A stretch of DNA of 63,541 nucleotides, the filler included, from Octopus bimaculoides (taxonomy: Eukaryota): assembly GCF_001194135.2 (NCBI RefSeq). It is 6 parts of 6 records of this genome, joined end to end, with 100 filler letters (N's around TTAATTAATTAA, not from the genome) between each part and the next. Parts side by side here need not be neighbours in the genome. Positions count along the whole stretch, not along the records: positions 1 to 16,044 come from NC_069003.1; positions 16,145 to 30,012 come from NC_068995.1; 4 more parts are not named here. One strand, 5' to 3'. Numbering within the stretch: the first letter of the stretch is position 1; each line of letters starts with the position of its first letter. Positions 10,714-23,050 of this stretch are shown piece by piece. A model generated the notes under the pieces. That model searched no databases. It was given only the letters and a program-made list of their open reading frames with translations, and had not been told where the DNA came from. The translations under genes and the position numbers were made by a program.

Positions 10714-10997
10714 GAAGCAGGCGTGGTTGTGTCGTTAGAAGCTTGCATCTCAACAACCTGATTCCGAGTTCAGTCCCACTGCGTGGCACCTTGAGCAAGT
10801 GTCTTCTACTATAGCTTCGGATCGACCAAGGCCTTGTGAGTGGACTTAGTACACGGAAAGTGAAAGACGCATGTCGTGTATACATACATACATACATATA
10901 CTCTTTTACTCTTTTACTTGTTTCAGTCATTTGACTGTGGTCGTGCTGGAGCACCGCCTTTAGTAGAGCAAATCGACCCCAGGACTTATTCTTTGTA
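10714..10997. mobile_element. SINE A 5' half (+, 10714-10880) joined through (CATA)n to a SINE A tail (-, 10901-10997)
   Basis: GCGTGGCACCTTGAGCAAGTGTCTTC on +, then CTCTTTTACTTGTTTCAGTCATTTGACTG (reverse complement of the tail). Confidence 0.88.
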
Positions 10998-11205
10998 TAT
11001 CAAAATCTAAGGCCACGAGAAAAACAAATCTCTCAGCGAGGGAAATACAGTAACATTACTGGATAGTAATGTTTATATGCCAACATAACGTGGTAGCCCT
11101 ATAAAGGACAATGTTACTATTGTTTTAGCCCCAGGAAAACAGCTTACCCAGCTGACTATCAACACACAGTCTGTGTCCGTATATAGCATTTGCAAGGGAG
11201 GTCAT
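10991..11205 (-). repeat. Family C unclassified interspersed repeat, partial unit
   Basis: Reverse complement matches about 13623-13843, including the end CGTGGCCTTAGATTTTGATATACAAAG. Confidence 0.85.
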
Positions 11206-12072
11206 TTTCAAATTTACATTGATAGCCCTTGAGAAACAAACATCTTCTAAATGTCATAGATTTCACCAATACATTCATTTGTAAAATACTTGTTGGACGA
11301 AAGCCTAAGTTGGCTTAAATAGTGTAAATATCAACTGATGTCGAACTCAACACGTTCAGCGGGGTGGATAGACATATTTATTGCATCGAAAGCTGATAGA
11401 TAACTCTTGGTTTCTCCCAAACGCGAATAACCAAGGTCAAAACTCAAAACAGTCAGTGAACTTTCGATATAATAAACAAATATATGTATGCATGGACACA
11501 GNNNNNNNNNNNNNNNNNNNNNNNNNNNNNNNNNNNNNNNNNNNNNNNNNNNNNNNNNNNNNNNNNNNNNNNNNNNNNNNNNNNNNNNNNNNNNNNNNNN
11601 NNNNNNNNNNNNNNNNNNNNNNNNNNNNNNNNNNNNNNNNNNNNNNNNNNNNNNNNNNNNNNNNNNNNNNNNNNNNNNNNNNNNNNNNNNNNNNNNNNNN
11701 NNNNNNNNNNNNNNNNNNNNNNNNNNNNNNNNNNNNNNNNNNNNNNNNNNNNNNNNNNNNNNNNNNNNNNNNNNNNNNNNNNNNNNNNNNNNNNNNNNNN
11801 NNNNNNNNNNNCCAATCTCTAGATGTGTGCGTGTATGTAAATTAGTGTGTATAAATGAACGTATTTTACGTAGTTGTGTGTGTGTCTGTCTGCGTGTTAA
11901 TGTGCTGTGTAAGGTAGAACATATCTGAAACAAAGTTCCAATTTATGCGTGAGTGTTAGCGATAAACAATGTCTGCGTGTGTGTGTGTGTGTGTGTGCAT
12001 GTACCTGCATATGTATTATCATTATCATCATCGTTATTATTATTATTGTTATTATTATTATTATCATCATCA

Positions 12073-12360
12073 TAGCCAGATTCTAACCCGGGCCGCAGCA
12101 ACAAAGACCACCAGTCACACTCCTCAGTCCAACATCACAGCTTCGAGGTCCTGGATACATTCCAGGCCAGTGTCTGCGATTAAGTTGTCGACGTAAGGGT
12201 GATAATGTTTCCCACTTCTTACAACACCATAAACTGGACTCCACGAGACTAATGTGGATGCTCCCAGGTTAGGGTGGTGCTTGTAGTGGACCAGATAGTC
12301 GCAACCATCTTTGCCTGATCTTCTTGCTAACATTCGGCAGGTCTCCATAAAGGCATTCGT
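12073..12360 (-). pseudogene. 3' end of an RTE-like LINE ORF with (ATG/ATA)n tail
   Basis: Minus frame LVSWSPVYGVVRSGKHYHPYVDNLIADTGLECIQDLEAVMLD resembles the RTE C-terminal W.P..G.R..G.....Y.D.L..DTG motif; tail at about 12016-12072. Confidence 0.65.
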
Positions 12361-12406
12361 TTGTCTTTGTGTTGTATATATACACACATACTCACGCACA
12401 CATGCA

Positions 12407-12464
<58 letters not shown>

Positions 12465-13077
12465 CGATATACAAGCAACAAGAACTACTGCTATATTGGC
12501 CTTCCACTCATTCTCCAAGACACCAAGCTAAATCATTACAAATTCTAACAACTTTCCCGTAATAAACAAGAGCTTTATTTATTCATTTCTTTAGCTTCAT
12601 AATTATTTGTTTCTTTTTCCCCATAATAACTTCATCCTTTTGTTTTTATCAAAACCCGGAGTAAATGAAATAGTTTACTTACTGCAATCAAANNNNNNNN
12701 NNNNNNNNNNNNNNNNNNNNNNNNNNNNNNNNNNNNNNNNNNNNNNNNNNNNNNNNNNNNNNNNNNNNNNNNNNNNNNNNNNNNNNNNNNNNNNNNNNNN
12801 NNNNNNNNNNNNNNNNNNNNNNNNNNNNNNNNNNNNNNNNNNNNNNNNNNNNNNNNNNNNNNNNNNNNNNNNNNNNNNNNNNNNNNNNNNNNNNNNNNNN
12901 NNNNNNNNNNNNNNNNNNNNNNNNNNNNNNNNNNNNNNNNNNNNNNNNNNNNNNNNNNNNNNNNNNNNNNNNNNNNNNNNNNNNNNNNNNNNNNNNNNNN
13001 NNNNNNNNNNNNNNNNNNNNNNNNNNNNNNNNNNNNNNNNNNNNNNNNNNNNNNNNNNNNNNNNNNNNNNNNNNNNN

Positions 13078-13118
<41 letters not shown>

Positions 13119-13398
13119 ATATGTATATACCGTTGCTATTATGTTAAACTGTCGTATGTCTAAATTTGGCCAAATAGGTTTTTTTTTTTCAATATTTGTA
13201 TTTCCTTGCAATAGCCGGTTCTTTTTGTGAAACTATTGTATCTCCAGCTGCTTCAAATGCCAAGATGTCAAAAATCGCCTAAGTGTAGTTTCAATGCCTT
13301 TGCTATGGAAACTATTTTCTCGTTTTCTGAAAAAAAGCAACATTTTGGGCTTACAACACTTTTGCATAATAACATTGATATATAATATATATATGTGT

Positions 13399-13843
13399 AA
13401 ACATTACTATCCGGTACTGTTACTGTATTTCTCTCGCTCAGAGATTAAAAACTAGTTGTTTTTCTCTATACGAGATCAGTGACTGTGTGTCGCTTAAAGA
13501 ATATATAGTATTTGCGAGTGGAGATAGCTTTCGTCACTAGCTGGTGGTTATCTCACACTGAGGACGGATAATAGCCGGAAACCTAGGTCTGTGAGTATCA
13601 CGTAAGGCTGGGGATGGGAGCAATGACCTCCCTTGCAAATGCTATATACAGATACAGACTGTGTCGATAGTCAGCTGGGTAAGATGTTTTTCTAGTGTTA
13701 AAACAACAGTAACATTGTCCTTTATAGGGCTACCACGTTATGCTGGCATATAAACAATACTATCCGGTAATATTACTGTATTTCCCTCACTCAGAGATTT
13801 AAAACGTTGTTTTTCTCGTGGCCTTAGATTTTGATATACAAAG
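13399..13843 (+). repeat. Family C repeat, about 1.25 tandem units (period 353 bp)
   Basis: AAACATTACTATCCGGTACTGTTACTGTATTT at 13399 recurs as AAACAATACTATCCGGTAATATTACTGTATTT at 13752. Confidence 0.85.
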
Positions 13844-14040
13844 ATTTGATAAACAAGTCGATGAATTAAAACTGACCCCCAAAAAAGTGACAAGCTACAT
13901 CTCTAACAGGTCTTTCTTCCTGATACCTTAGTAGCTTCTAAGCTGAAGTAAAGACAGCATGTTCTTTGTCTATTTCCTTACCTTCTTGAAGGTTTTAGGT
14001 AAAATTATACAAATGTGTCCATCTGATTTAATTCAATTTA

Positions 14041-14173
14041 ATTCTATATATTTATGCAGCTGAGGATTGCTCTGCATTTAAATTGATGTAATGGTTGCAT
14101 CGTTCAATTAAATGGAGTCGATTGAAACAATCGTACTGCATTACCTCTGGATATCCTGTTGCTTATTTTGATT
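14041..14173 (-). mobile_element. Family F foldback element, single arm
   Basis: GCAGCTGAGGATTGCTCTGCATTT...GGATATCCTGTTGCTTATTTTGAT. Confidence 0.75.
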
Positions 14174-14486
14174 ACACACACACAGCAATAATAAATTGTC
14201 CAGTTGAAATCTAATGGGTTTAATTTCTTAAAAATTAATCTGCGGATGATGTCAGCTAACAAATACTTCCCCTAGGTTTGGTTACCAATCGCCACTGTGT
14301 TGGATGACTATCCTGTCGTGAGGACATCGAGGCAACCTAGTATTTGTTTATAAAACGATTGCTTGAGACTCCGAAATTTTTTACTAATGCCAGTATAATA
14401 GTATAATACAGAATGCTATTTATGTTTTACCTGAGAATGTACCTTAAGAATGTAAATACATAGAACAAAGCTATGTAGGCCTATAA

Positions 14487-14559
14487 GCCGACTTATGACC
14501 AAATCGACTTACGACCAGTCAGTCGGAACCAGTTGTGGTCGTAAGTCGATGACAACCTG
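14487..14559. mobile_element. Terminal fragment of a pogo/Tigger-like DNA element
   Basis: CGACTTACGACCA (14505-14517) and TGGTCGTAAGTCG (14536-14548) are inverted; ends GATGACAACCTG|TA, resembling CAGGT.GTC.TCGACTTACGAC-type TIRs. Confidence 0.5.
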
Positions 14560-14688
14560 TATATATAATTTTCTGTTCAATAGGTAGATTGTTGGGCAAA
14601 AATATTTTGTGATATAGAAAACAAGGCTTTGATTTGGCATAGGTGTTAGTTGCGTAGGACAGATAGAATGCTTTCTTTTGTATAAGTT

Positions 14689-14920
14689 GCGGTGAGCTGT
14701 CAGAAACGTTAGCATGCCGGGCGAAATGCTTAGCGGCATTTCGTCTGCCGTTACGTTCTGAGTTCAAATTCTGCCGAGGTCGGCTTTGTCTTTCATCCCT
14801 TCGGGGTCGATAAATTAAGTACCAGTTACACACTGGGGTCAATGTAATCGACTTAATCCTTTTGTCTGTCCTTGTTTGTCCCCTCTATGTTTAGCCCCTT
14901 GTGGGCAATATAGAAATAAG
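14689..14920 (+). mobile_element. SINE B2 monomer
   Basis: Complete head, core and tail ...TTTAGCCCCTTGTGGGCAATATAGAAATAAG. Confidence 0.92.
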
Positions 14921-14936
14921 ATAGAGAGATAGACAC

Positions 14937-14975
<39 letters not shown>

Positions 14976-14986
14976 CAGACAGACAC

Positions 14987-15056
<70 letters not shown>

Positions 15057-15110
15057 GCAGACAGACAGACAGACAGATAGATAGATAGAAGGGCAAGCAG
15101 ACATAGACAA
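14921..15110. repeat. (GATA)n/(GACA)n microsatellite continuing from the SINE B2 tail
   Basis: Read directly. Confidence 0.95.
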
Positions 15111-15636
15111 ACATCGAGACAGAGTGGGAGAGAGAGAGAGGTGGGAGAGATGGATGGGCAGACTAATAAAAATACTGATAAACATCAAGGCAGACAGACA
15201 TATTTGATACCACAAGACTCCGGAAGAACAAAGGACACAAGAGAAATAACAACAAAGCTATAATATAAATAGTAGTAGTAGTAGTATTAGTAGTGGCAGC
15301 AGCAACAGCAGCAACGAATGTAGTTCCATTATATCACAGGTGCCATTGTTCACAAAACAAAATTGAAAGCAACGTTTGCCAGCTTATTCCGGAGATAAAA
15401 CGAAAAAAACAAAGACATGAAGATGTGAAGAGAGATAGTGTATATATATATGTATATATATATAATCAGAAATTTAAAATGAATGTTTGCGGGTTTAGAT
15501 GATATCATATATTTACTGCTAGCGTTGATGTAATCATAGTTTTGTGTGTTCTTTGCAGTTTATAACTGACATTTTGGCATTTCGATTATATGTATATATA
15601 TATGGATGTGTGTTTGTGTACATGCCTGCGTGTGCT

Positions 15637-15668
<32 letters not shown>

Positions 15669-15775
15669 AGAGAGAGATGGAGTGACAGAAAGGAAGGAAA
15701 ACAGACTAAGAGTGTTTTGTGTCTTCATTACAGTTTAGAAATGACATATTCCATTTTGATTTCATATATATATAA

Positions 15776-16044
15776 ATCAAAATAAGCAACAAGGATATCC
15801 AAAGTTAATGCAGTACGATCGTTTCATGCGACTCCATTTATTTAAGCAATGTGAACATTATATTTAAATGTAAAATGCAGACCAATCCTCAGCTGCACAA
15901 AGATATAGAGATTTACTGAAATTTCATTTCAACAATATGTCCTTCTGTTGAAATGAAATTTCAGTAAATTTCTATATCTTTGTGCAGCTGAGGATTGCTC
16001 TGCATTTTACATTTGATGTAATGTTCACATTGCTTAAATAAATG
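15776..16044. mobile_element. Family F foldback element with both arms (right arm cut by a gap)
   Basis: 15835-15934 is a near-perfect reverse complement of 15946-16044 around an 11-nt loop ATATGTCCTTC. Confidence 0.85.
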
Positions 16045-16088
16045 NNNNNNNNNNNNNNNNNNNNNNNNNNNNNNNNNNNNNNNNNNNN

Positions 16089-16100
16089 TTAATTAATTAA
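16089..16100. other. Assembly gap spacer TTAATTAATTAA (also at 30057-30068, 46531-46542, 55223-55234, 61706-61717)
   Basis: Identical 12-mer embedded in N runs; at 16045-16144 it forms 44 N + 12 + 44 N = 100 bp; it places stops in all six frames. Confidence 0.9.
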
Positions 16101-16234
16101 NNNNNNNNNNNNNNNNNNNNNNNNNNNNNNNNNNNNNNNNNNNNTATATGCGTATGTATATATGTATGTCTGCGTATATATGTATATAATTATGCGTGTA
16201 TATGTATGTATATGTATATATATACTTATTTGTA

Positions 16235-16301
<67 letters not shown>

Positions 16302-16432
16302 GAATATGTATATATATGTGTATGTATGTATTTAATGTTATATATAATATACTAATACTATATACGCATGTATGCAAAATGCGTGTACTTGTGTCTGTAT
16401 GATCGTCTGTTTGTATAGGACATCCATTTCAT

Positions 16433-16463
<31 letters not shown>

Positions 16464-17911
16464 CTATATATATAGAAGGACACACACAGATATTTATATA
16501 TATGCATATACATACCTATACATATATCATTTTAAATGGACGAGGTATAACATTTATTACATAGTATATTTACAAATTTACTTCTGTTTATCATCTGTAA
16601 CTCTGATCTTATTTGATAAAGGTCGAAGTCTATGCGAGCTTTTGTTTTATATCATTTTAGATTTTTCTTTTTTCACTCTAGCTGTTATTGTTTGTCAGAA
16701 AGTGACACCTTCAGTAGCGATTGAATGATGAAATGGTTACAAATAAAATTATGGCATTTCACGGATGATCAATTCCTATCACGGTTGAAAGATCTACAAT
16801 CCTACTCTTTCCTCATCGTTTAATTTTTATTGACTTTCTTCTAATCCATTTTGCCTTCTTCCATCAAATTCTTGCAGTTTTCTTCCATCTTCATCTTTCT
16901 ATCTCACTCATATGTACTCCCTCACTCTCCTACTCTCTCTACATATATATCTACATCTCTCAATCTCTAAATTCTCCTTCTCTGCTGTAGTTTTCTATCA
17001 CTCATCTCTACAGATTTTGCAATACAAAACACCGTTTATTATATATTATTTTTTGTTTTGTTTCTCATTTCACATCTGTCATGCACCATTTATCATATAA
17101 TCCTTTCTGTGATGTTATATTTTCTCATTTCAGAAAGTATTTCTAGCGGACATGTTTTTCTGTCTTCGCTCTTCAATTTAGGTCACTTTAGACTTCAATA
17201 AATGAAAGCAGAACCCCTCAAATTAATAAAGAATTTATGAAGAAAAAATTTTCGTTTTCGTTTCTTCCTATATANNNNNNNNNNNNNNNNNNNNNNNNNN
17301 NNNNNNNNNNNNNNNNNNNNNNNNNNNNNNNNNNNNNNNNNNNNNNNNNNNNNNNNNNNNNNNNNNNNNNNNNNNNNNNNNNNNNNNNNNNNNNNNNNNN
17401 NNNNNNNNNNNNNNNNNNNNNNNNNNNNNNNNNNNNNNNNNNNNNNNNNNNNNNNNNNNNNNNNNNNNNNNNNNNNNNNNNNNNNNNNNNNNNNNNNNNN
17501 NNNNNNNNNNNNNNNNNNNNNNNNNNNNNNNNNNNNNNNNNNNNNNNNNNNNNNNNNNNNNNNNNNNNNNNNNNNNNNNNNNNNNNNNNNNNNNNNNNNN
17601 NNNNNNNNNNNNNNNNNNNNNNNNNNNNNNNNNNNNNNNNNNNNNNNNNNNNNNNNNNNNNNNNNNNNNNNNNNNNNNNNNNNNNNNNNNNNNNNNNNNN
17701 NNNNNNNNNNNNNNNNNNNNNNNNNNNNNNNNNNNNNNNNNNNNNNNNNNNNNNNNNNNNNNNNNNNNNNNNNNNNNNNNNNNNNNNNNNNNNNNNNNNN
17801 NNNNNNNNNNNNNNNNNNNNNNNNNNNNNNNNNNNNNNNNNNNNNNNNNNNNNNNNNNNNNNNNNNNNNNNNNNNNNNNNNNNNNNNNNNNNNNNNNNNN
17901 GGTGGTAGTGG

Positions 17912-17974
<63 letters not shown>

Positions 17975-18125
17975 CACGACAAGCTCTTTTTCAGTTTCTG
18001 TCTACCAATTCCATTCCGAAGGCTGTGGTCGGCAGGAGGCTATAGTAGAAGACACTTGCCTAAGATGTCATGTTGTGGGACTGAAACCCGAACCATGCAT
18101 TTAAGAAGCCAACTTCTTACCACGC
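17975..18125 (-). mobile_element. SINE family A, 5' half
   Basis: TTTCAGTTTCTGTCTACCAA...GCTATAGTAGAAGACACTTGCC...CTTCTTACCAC. Confidence 0.85.
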
Positions 18126-19134
18126 TGATTATTGGTTTTCTTCTTTGAATGTTGTATTTTTTAGCAGATCAGATAAGCTCAAAATATACCTCCATGTAAA
18201 TATTGGGGAAAACAATATCCGTTTAGATAGAAAACGTCGAATGTTGCCTGTGGAACCAAACCCACATCTGTAAAAATGACAGATGTTCTACGATTGGACC
18301 AAACGAATACTTCCAATTTTCCCATTAATTTTACACACGTTATTTTTAATAACTGGATTTATATTGTACTGACGTCTTAAGAACTTATGAACTTTAAGAG
18401 AAGATTGAATAATTCTTTATTGGAATATGGGACTTTGAGGCAAGTAAGTTATAAATAATAACTTGTGATTTTTACAGCAGAGCTGGGGTCTAATGCCATA
18501 AGGGGCCTTCATCTACTTTCTCTACCCAAAGTGTTTTTTTGTGATACATGTCATGTCATCAATATGCCAATTTAATGTATCTTAAAGCATGAAACTATTG
18601 ATCTTTTGTAACTGTGTATACTAAACAATGTTTACGTTTCTCTGGATGGAATACCTTCTTGCTGATCTTACCTATACTGGAACTGTAAGCTACACACACA
18701 CACGCATATCTACCTACAAGATTAGTAACAAGATTTGTAAATATCAAACGTTCTAATTATGGATCCATGGTAATTAGTTTCATCGTGACATTTTCCATTC
18801 ACAGTGCTCAAAATTTCCGTCCACAAACCTGAAACTGTATGGAGAAATAAGAAAAGTTAAGTCAACAGCATGAATAAAACATGCGTTATATTACGTCATA
18901 GCTGTGCTTTTCTTGAAAAACATTGTGTCGTGGTCTATGTTTCTCTTCAGGCAGTGTAAAATAGATATGATGCTTTTGTTACCAGGATTATCATGTTATC
19001 AATGGGATTGCATATTCTACCGGAATGGCAGAATGAACAAAACAGGAATATGTTATATAGATTTGAAAAGAATTATGTATTTATTCATTTATCTTTGTAT
19101 CTGTTTATCGCACTAGTTCTCTCTCAAACTTCCT

Positions 19135-19139
19135 GTCTG

Positions 19140-19210
<71 letters not shown>

Positions 19211-19248
19211 CTTTTGTATCTATTTGTGTGTGTATGTATGTATGTATG

Positions 19249-19315
<67 letters not shown>

Positions 19316-19412
19316 ACATGCAATTTCACATATACATATATAGTTATATATATATGTATATATATATGTGTGCGTGTAGATATATATATGGATATATATA
19401 TGTGTGTGTGTA

Positions 19413-19453
<41 letters not shown>

Positions 19454-19720
19454 GTATATATATATGTATATATGTATATATATATAGGCATATGTAGATA
19501 TGTGTATATATATATATATATGTATATATATGTGTATGTATATGTATACATATATATGTATATATATATTTATATATGTGTCTGTGCATATATATATATA
19601 TACACACACACACACATGCCCGCACGCACTCACACGCACACATATATGTATAAATACATATATGCCTATTCATACGAACATACATGCACATGCATACACA
19701 CACATACATACATAGTATGT
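19135..19720. repeat. Compound microsatellite (CTAT)n/(TATG)n/(TA)n/(CA)n
   Basis: Read directly. Confidence 0.95.
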
Positions 19721-21414
19721 TTTTCTTCATATGACAGCCATTCAGCATTTGAAATGAAAGATACCATATTAGTAAAATATTATCTTCAAATAGAATATTG
19801 TGAAATATTTTGAAGTTTTTTTTCAAATTCCTGCTACTTCTTTATAAGCAATCTGAGAAGCAAAACGATGAAACAGAAAAAGAAAAAAAAGAAATGCAAT
19901 GAAAACAGAAAAAAAAAATCTAAAGAAAAAGCATAAGAGAAGTAAAACAATAACTGCAAATATAATGAAATTTTTGGTTGTCATCACTGTTGTTTAAAAT
20001 TTATTAGTATATTTAACATTAATCAATGCAAGCTTGCTTATGCTGCCAATCTAACTTTGCAAAGGACTCGGCCATTGATAGAAAATGTATTTCTTGCACA
20101 TCCTGTCTGTAAATATTTGAATTTTTTCATTCATTCCCTCATTCATTCTCTCATTCATTCATACAGAGGCGTTTGCTGTCAGGTTTTAACAATAGAAGTT
20201 TTAATCACACCATACCTGCCAAAATATAATATTCTTGCACATAACTCACAGAAACAAACATCGCCGTATTAATTTGGTTGCATGCTCGCTAATTGCTATT
20301 TAGATATTTTTTGTTCTTTGTCTTGATTTTTTCTTTGACTTTTATGGCAAGAGTCACAGACAAACACGGCCATCCATTTCACATGACAGTCATTTTTGTA
20401 TCAGGGGAAAAATTTCTCCTCTCAGTGTGATTTATTTGTCAATGTTTAGTTGCTGCCACAAATAATTATAATCAAGCTGAAATCCTTGACGCTTTTTTTT
20501 TTCTCTCTTTCCTCCTCCCTTAGAATCTCCAATTCTTTGGTATTGAAATTTTAGAGTGCAAATTTACAGGGCTGTTTGCCATAGCTGATTTCATTTTTAA
20601 TTGAATATCAAAAGAAAAAAGAAACCAAAGCAACAAAAACAAAATGTATTTGAAACAAAAGGTGAAAAATATTGAATAAATTTGTTTTAAAGTTAAACAA
20701 ACAAAGGTGCGATTGCTGTAGAATGAACATCAGCTTCCGGAGAACAGTGTTCAATATAGGATCGATCCTTCACTTCACTCTTTCTCCTTCACGTATCTGC
20801 AACTTCCAGCTGTAATTTGAAGAGAAATCCGATCCGCACTACTGATTTCTTCCCACGACACACTTCCTGAAAATAATATCATCGTTCGATGAGCTAATGG
20901 GCCATTAATGGTTGCAAAATACGCGAGCAACAAACATGAACATCTGAAGTAAAATGCTCTAAAAATCAATTCTATAATGTCTGATATTATGAATATTATA
21001 AATTTAAATATTTACAATGTTCTCAAGGAAATTGGTTGAAAATATATCGTAAATGTAATGAAATGTGTATTGAGAAATGTGGTGTGCAAGCTCTCAATAT
21101 GGAGGAAGCATTTGTGATGTTCCTTTTTTTACAGTTCTAATGTATTGAATTATTTCTTTACTCAATTCCTTGTTATGAAAAAACGTTTTAGATTCTTTTA
21201 AATGATATTTTTTAACTATTATCTTTATTTCTACAGTAATTAATTAACGAAAAAAAGTAAAAAATAAACAATATTGGCTAAAACACATAAATAAATAAAT
21301 AAATAAAACAAAAAAACAATAAAATCGAGGAACAAAAAATTATGTTCTTTATTCTGATATCGAACAATCTTTTATCGTTTATTCATTTCCGTTATCGGAC
21401 TGTGACTAAGCGTT

Positions 21415-21720
21415 TTGTTAAGTCTGACACTTATTTTATCAATTTCATTTTTCCGAACCGCAATGTTACGGGAACATAAACAAACCAACAGAGGTAATCA
21501 AGCGGTAGTGAGGAACAAACAAACACACGCACACACACACACACAAATAAATAAATATACATCATGGTTTTTCAGTTTCCATCAACCAAATCTACTTACA
21601 AAGATTTGGTTTCCCGAGGCTATAGCTAAAATCACTTGCCCAAGGTGCCACAGTGCGGAACTGAACCCGTAATCACAAAGTTGAGAAGTAAGCTTGTTAC
21701 CTCACAGTCGTATCTGCGCT
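21415..21720 (-). mobile_element. SINE family A, old copy lacking the distal tail
   Basis: CCGAACCGCAATGTTACGGG...TTTTCAGTTTCC...CACTTGCCCAAGGTGCCAC. Confidence 0.8.
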
Positions 21721-21737
21721 TATTTAAAAGTTGTTTC

Positions 21738-21814
21738 CAACACCTAGTTTTCCAAGCAGTCTCACAAGTACTCACTATGCTCGATGTTTCTTAATGTCGG
21801 TGATCAAATGAGAA
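21738..21814 (-). pseudogene. Decayed 5S rRNA-derived sequence
   Basis: CAACACCTAGTTTTCCAAGCAGTCTCACAAGTACTCACTATGCTCGATGTTTCTTAATGTCGGTGATCAAATGAGAA aligns by eye to the reverse complement of the central and 3' part of metazoan 5S rRNA (boxes A, IE, C), with about 20 substitutions and a small deletion. Confidence 0.7.
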
Positions 21815-22874
21815 ATTGCCTAACAATATTTAGCGTTGAAGTTTTCGTATATCTTTTTATTCTCATCCTACACTCGCTAAAATTTCAAATGTCTTGGTCA
21901 CATCAAAAACTACTGATTCTGTTGATTCATTCCTTTTATGTTAAATTAATTTATGATTGCTCATCTGCTGCTACTCCAGTAATACTGTTACTACTAAAGC
22001 TGGTTTTCATCAAGTTATACCTCGATTATTTTCGCACTGCTAAGGTACAAAAATATCTCGAATAATTTACTGAGTATACATATTCATTTTTAACATAGAC
22101 ACCACCATTCATAACCAGTGGATGGTTAACGTCGATTATAACGTTCTAAAGCTCAATTTGGAATTATTTCATCTACTCCTGAAGGATGAAAAAACAGTTA
22201 AATTTATCTTCATGGGATCTATTCGCTGAACGTAAAGGTATGTATCAATTGATTTCGTGAGTCACCTTACTAGTCCAGCCAAGCTGATGGTTCTGTACGT
22301 GACTAATTAAAAGATTATACATTTAGAACCACTTCAGTAAACCACATTATATGCACAATTACAAAATGAAGAATAAAGTCAGCACGTTCTCCTATTACTT
22401 TAATATACAATTGTCGCATTGAAACTCAACTTTATGAAAATGTTATATTATGCAACAACGGATGCTACAATTTATTTGTGAGGTCTCGAACTGAAGTCGT
22501 GAGAATTATCTACTGAAATAGAATTTTATGCATAATTCTAATGAGTTGAATTCGGGTGGTGTCATTAAAAATGATACGTCGTGAAAAAATTGTTGTATAT
22601 GTCGTTGCAGAATATAACAACATTCAGGAAATCGAATATCAATGAAACAATTGTAAATTCTTGTAACAGAAGGACTTGCTCACTTCCATTCTCCTTATTC
22701 ACAACCCCGGATACTTGTGGACTTTCAGGCATGTGTTTGATAAAAGAAGCAATCTTCTATCTACCGTCTGTCTGATAGTCTGTGCCCTTGGATGAACTTA
22801 AAAAGGTAAAACTCAAAAGTTAACCGATTCAAATTATATAAATGTGTGTATGTGTGTGTGTGTGTATGTATTAA

Positions 22875-23050
22875 TAAGGTTGTGGAAGGCAAAAATCCTT
22901 ATAGCTACGGACAAAATGCCCGGCAGTATTTGTTTTACATTTTCTATGCGCTGAATTCAAATTTCGCCGGTTGATTAACTTTGACCTTTAGACGTTGAAA
23001 CAGTAAAGTACCAGTCTTCACTGGATTTCGATCTATTACGTTAAATTTTC
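22875..23050 (+). mobile_element. SINE family B, very old copy
   Basis: CTGAATTCAAATTTCGCC...AAAGTACCAGTC...ACTGGATTTCGATC. Confidence 0.6.

Noticed and set aside
14300-14345. Possible Helitron 3' end (CTAG|T after a short hairpin)
   Set aside because: The stem is only about 4 bp and no 5' TC terminus can be assigned.
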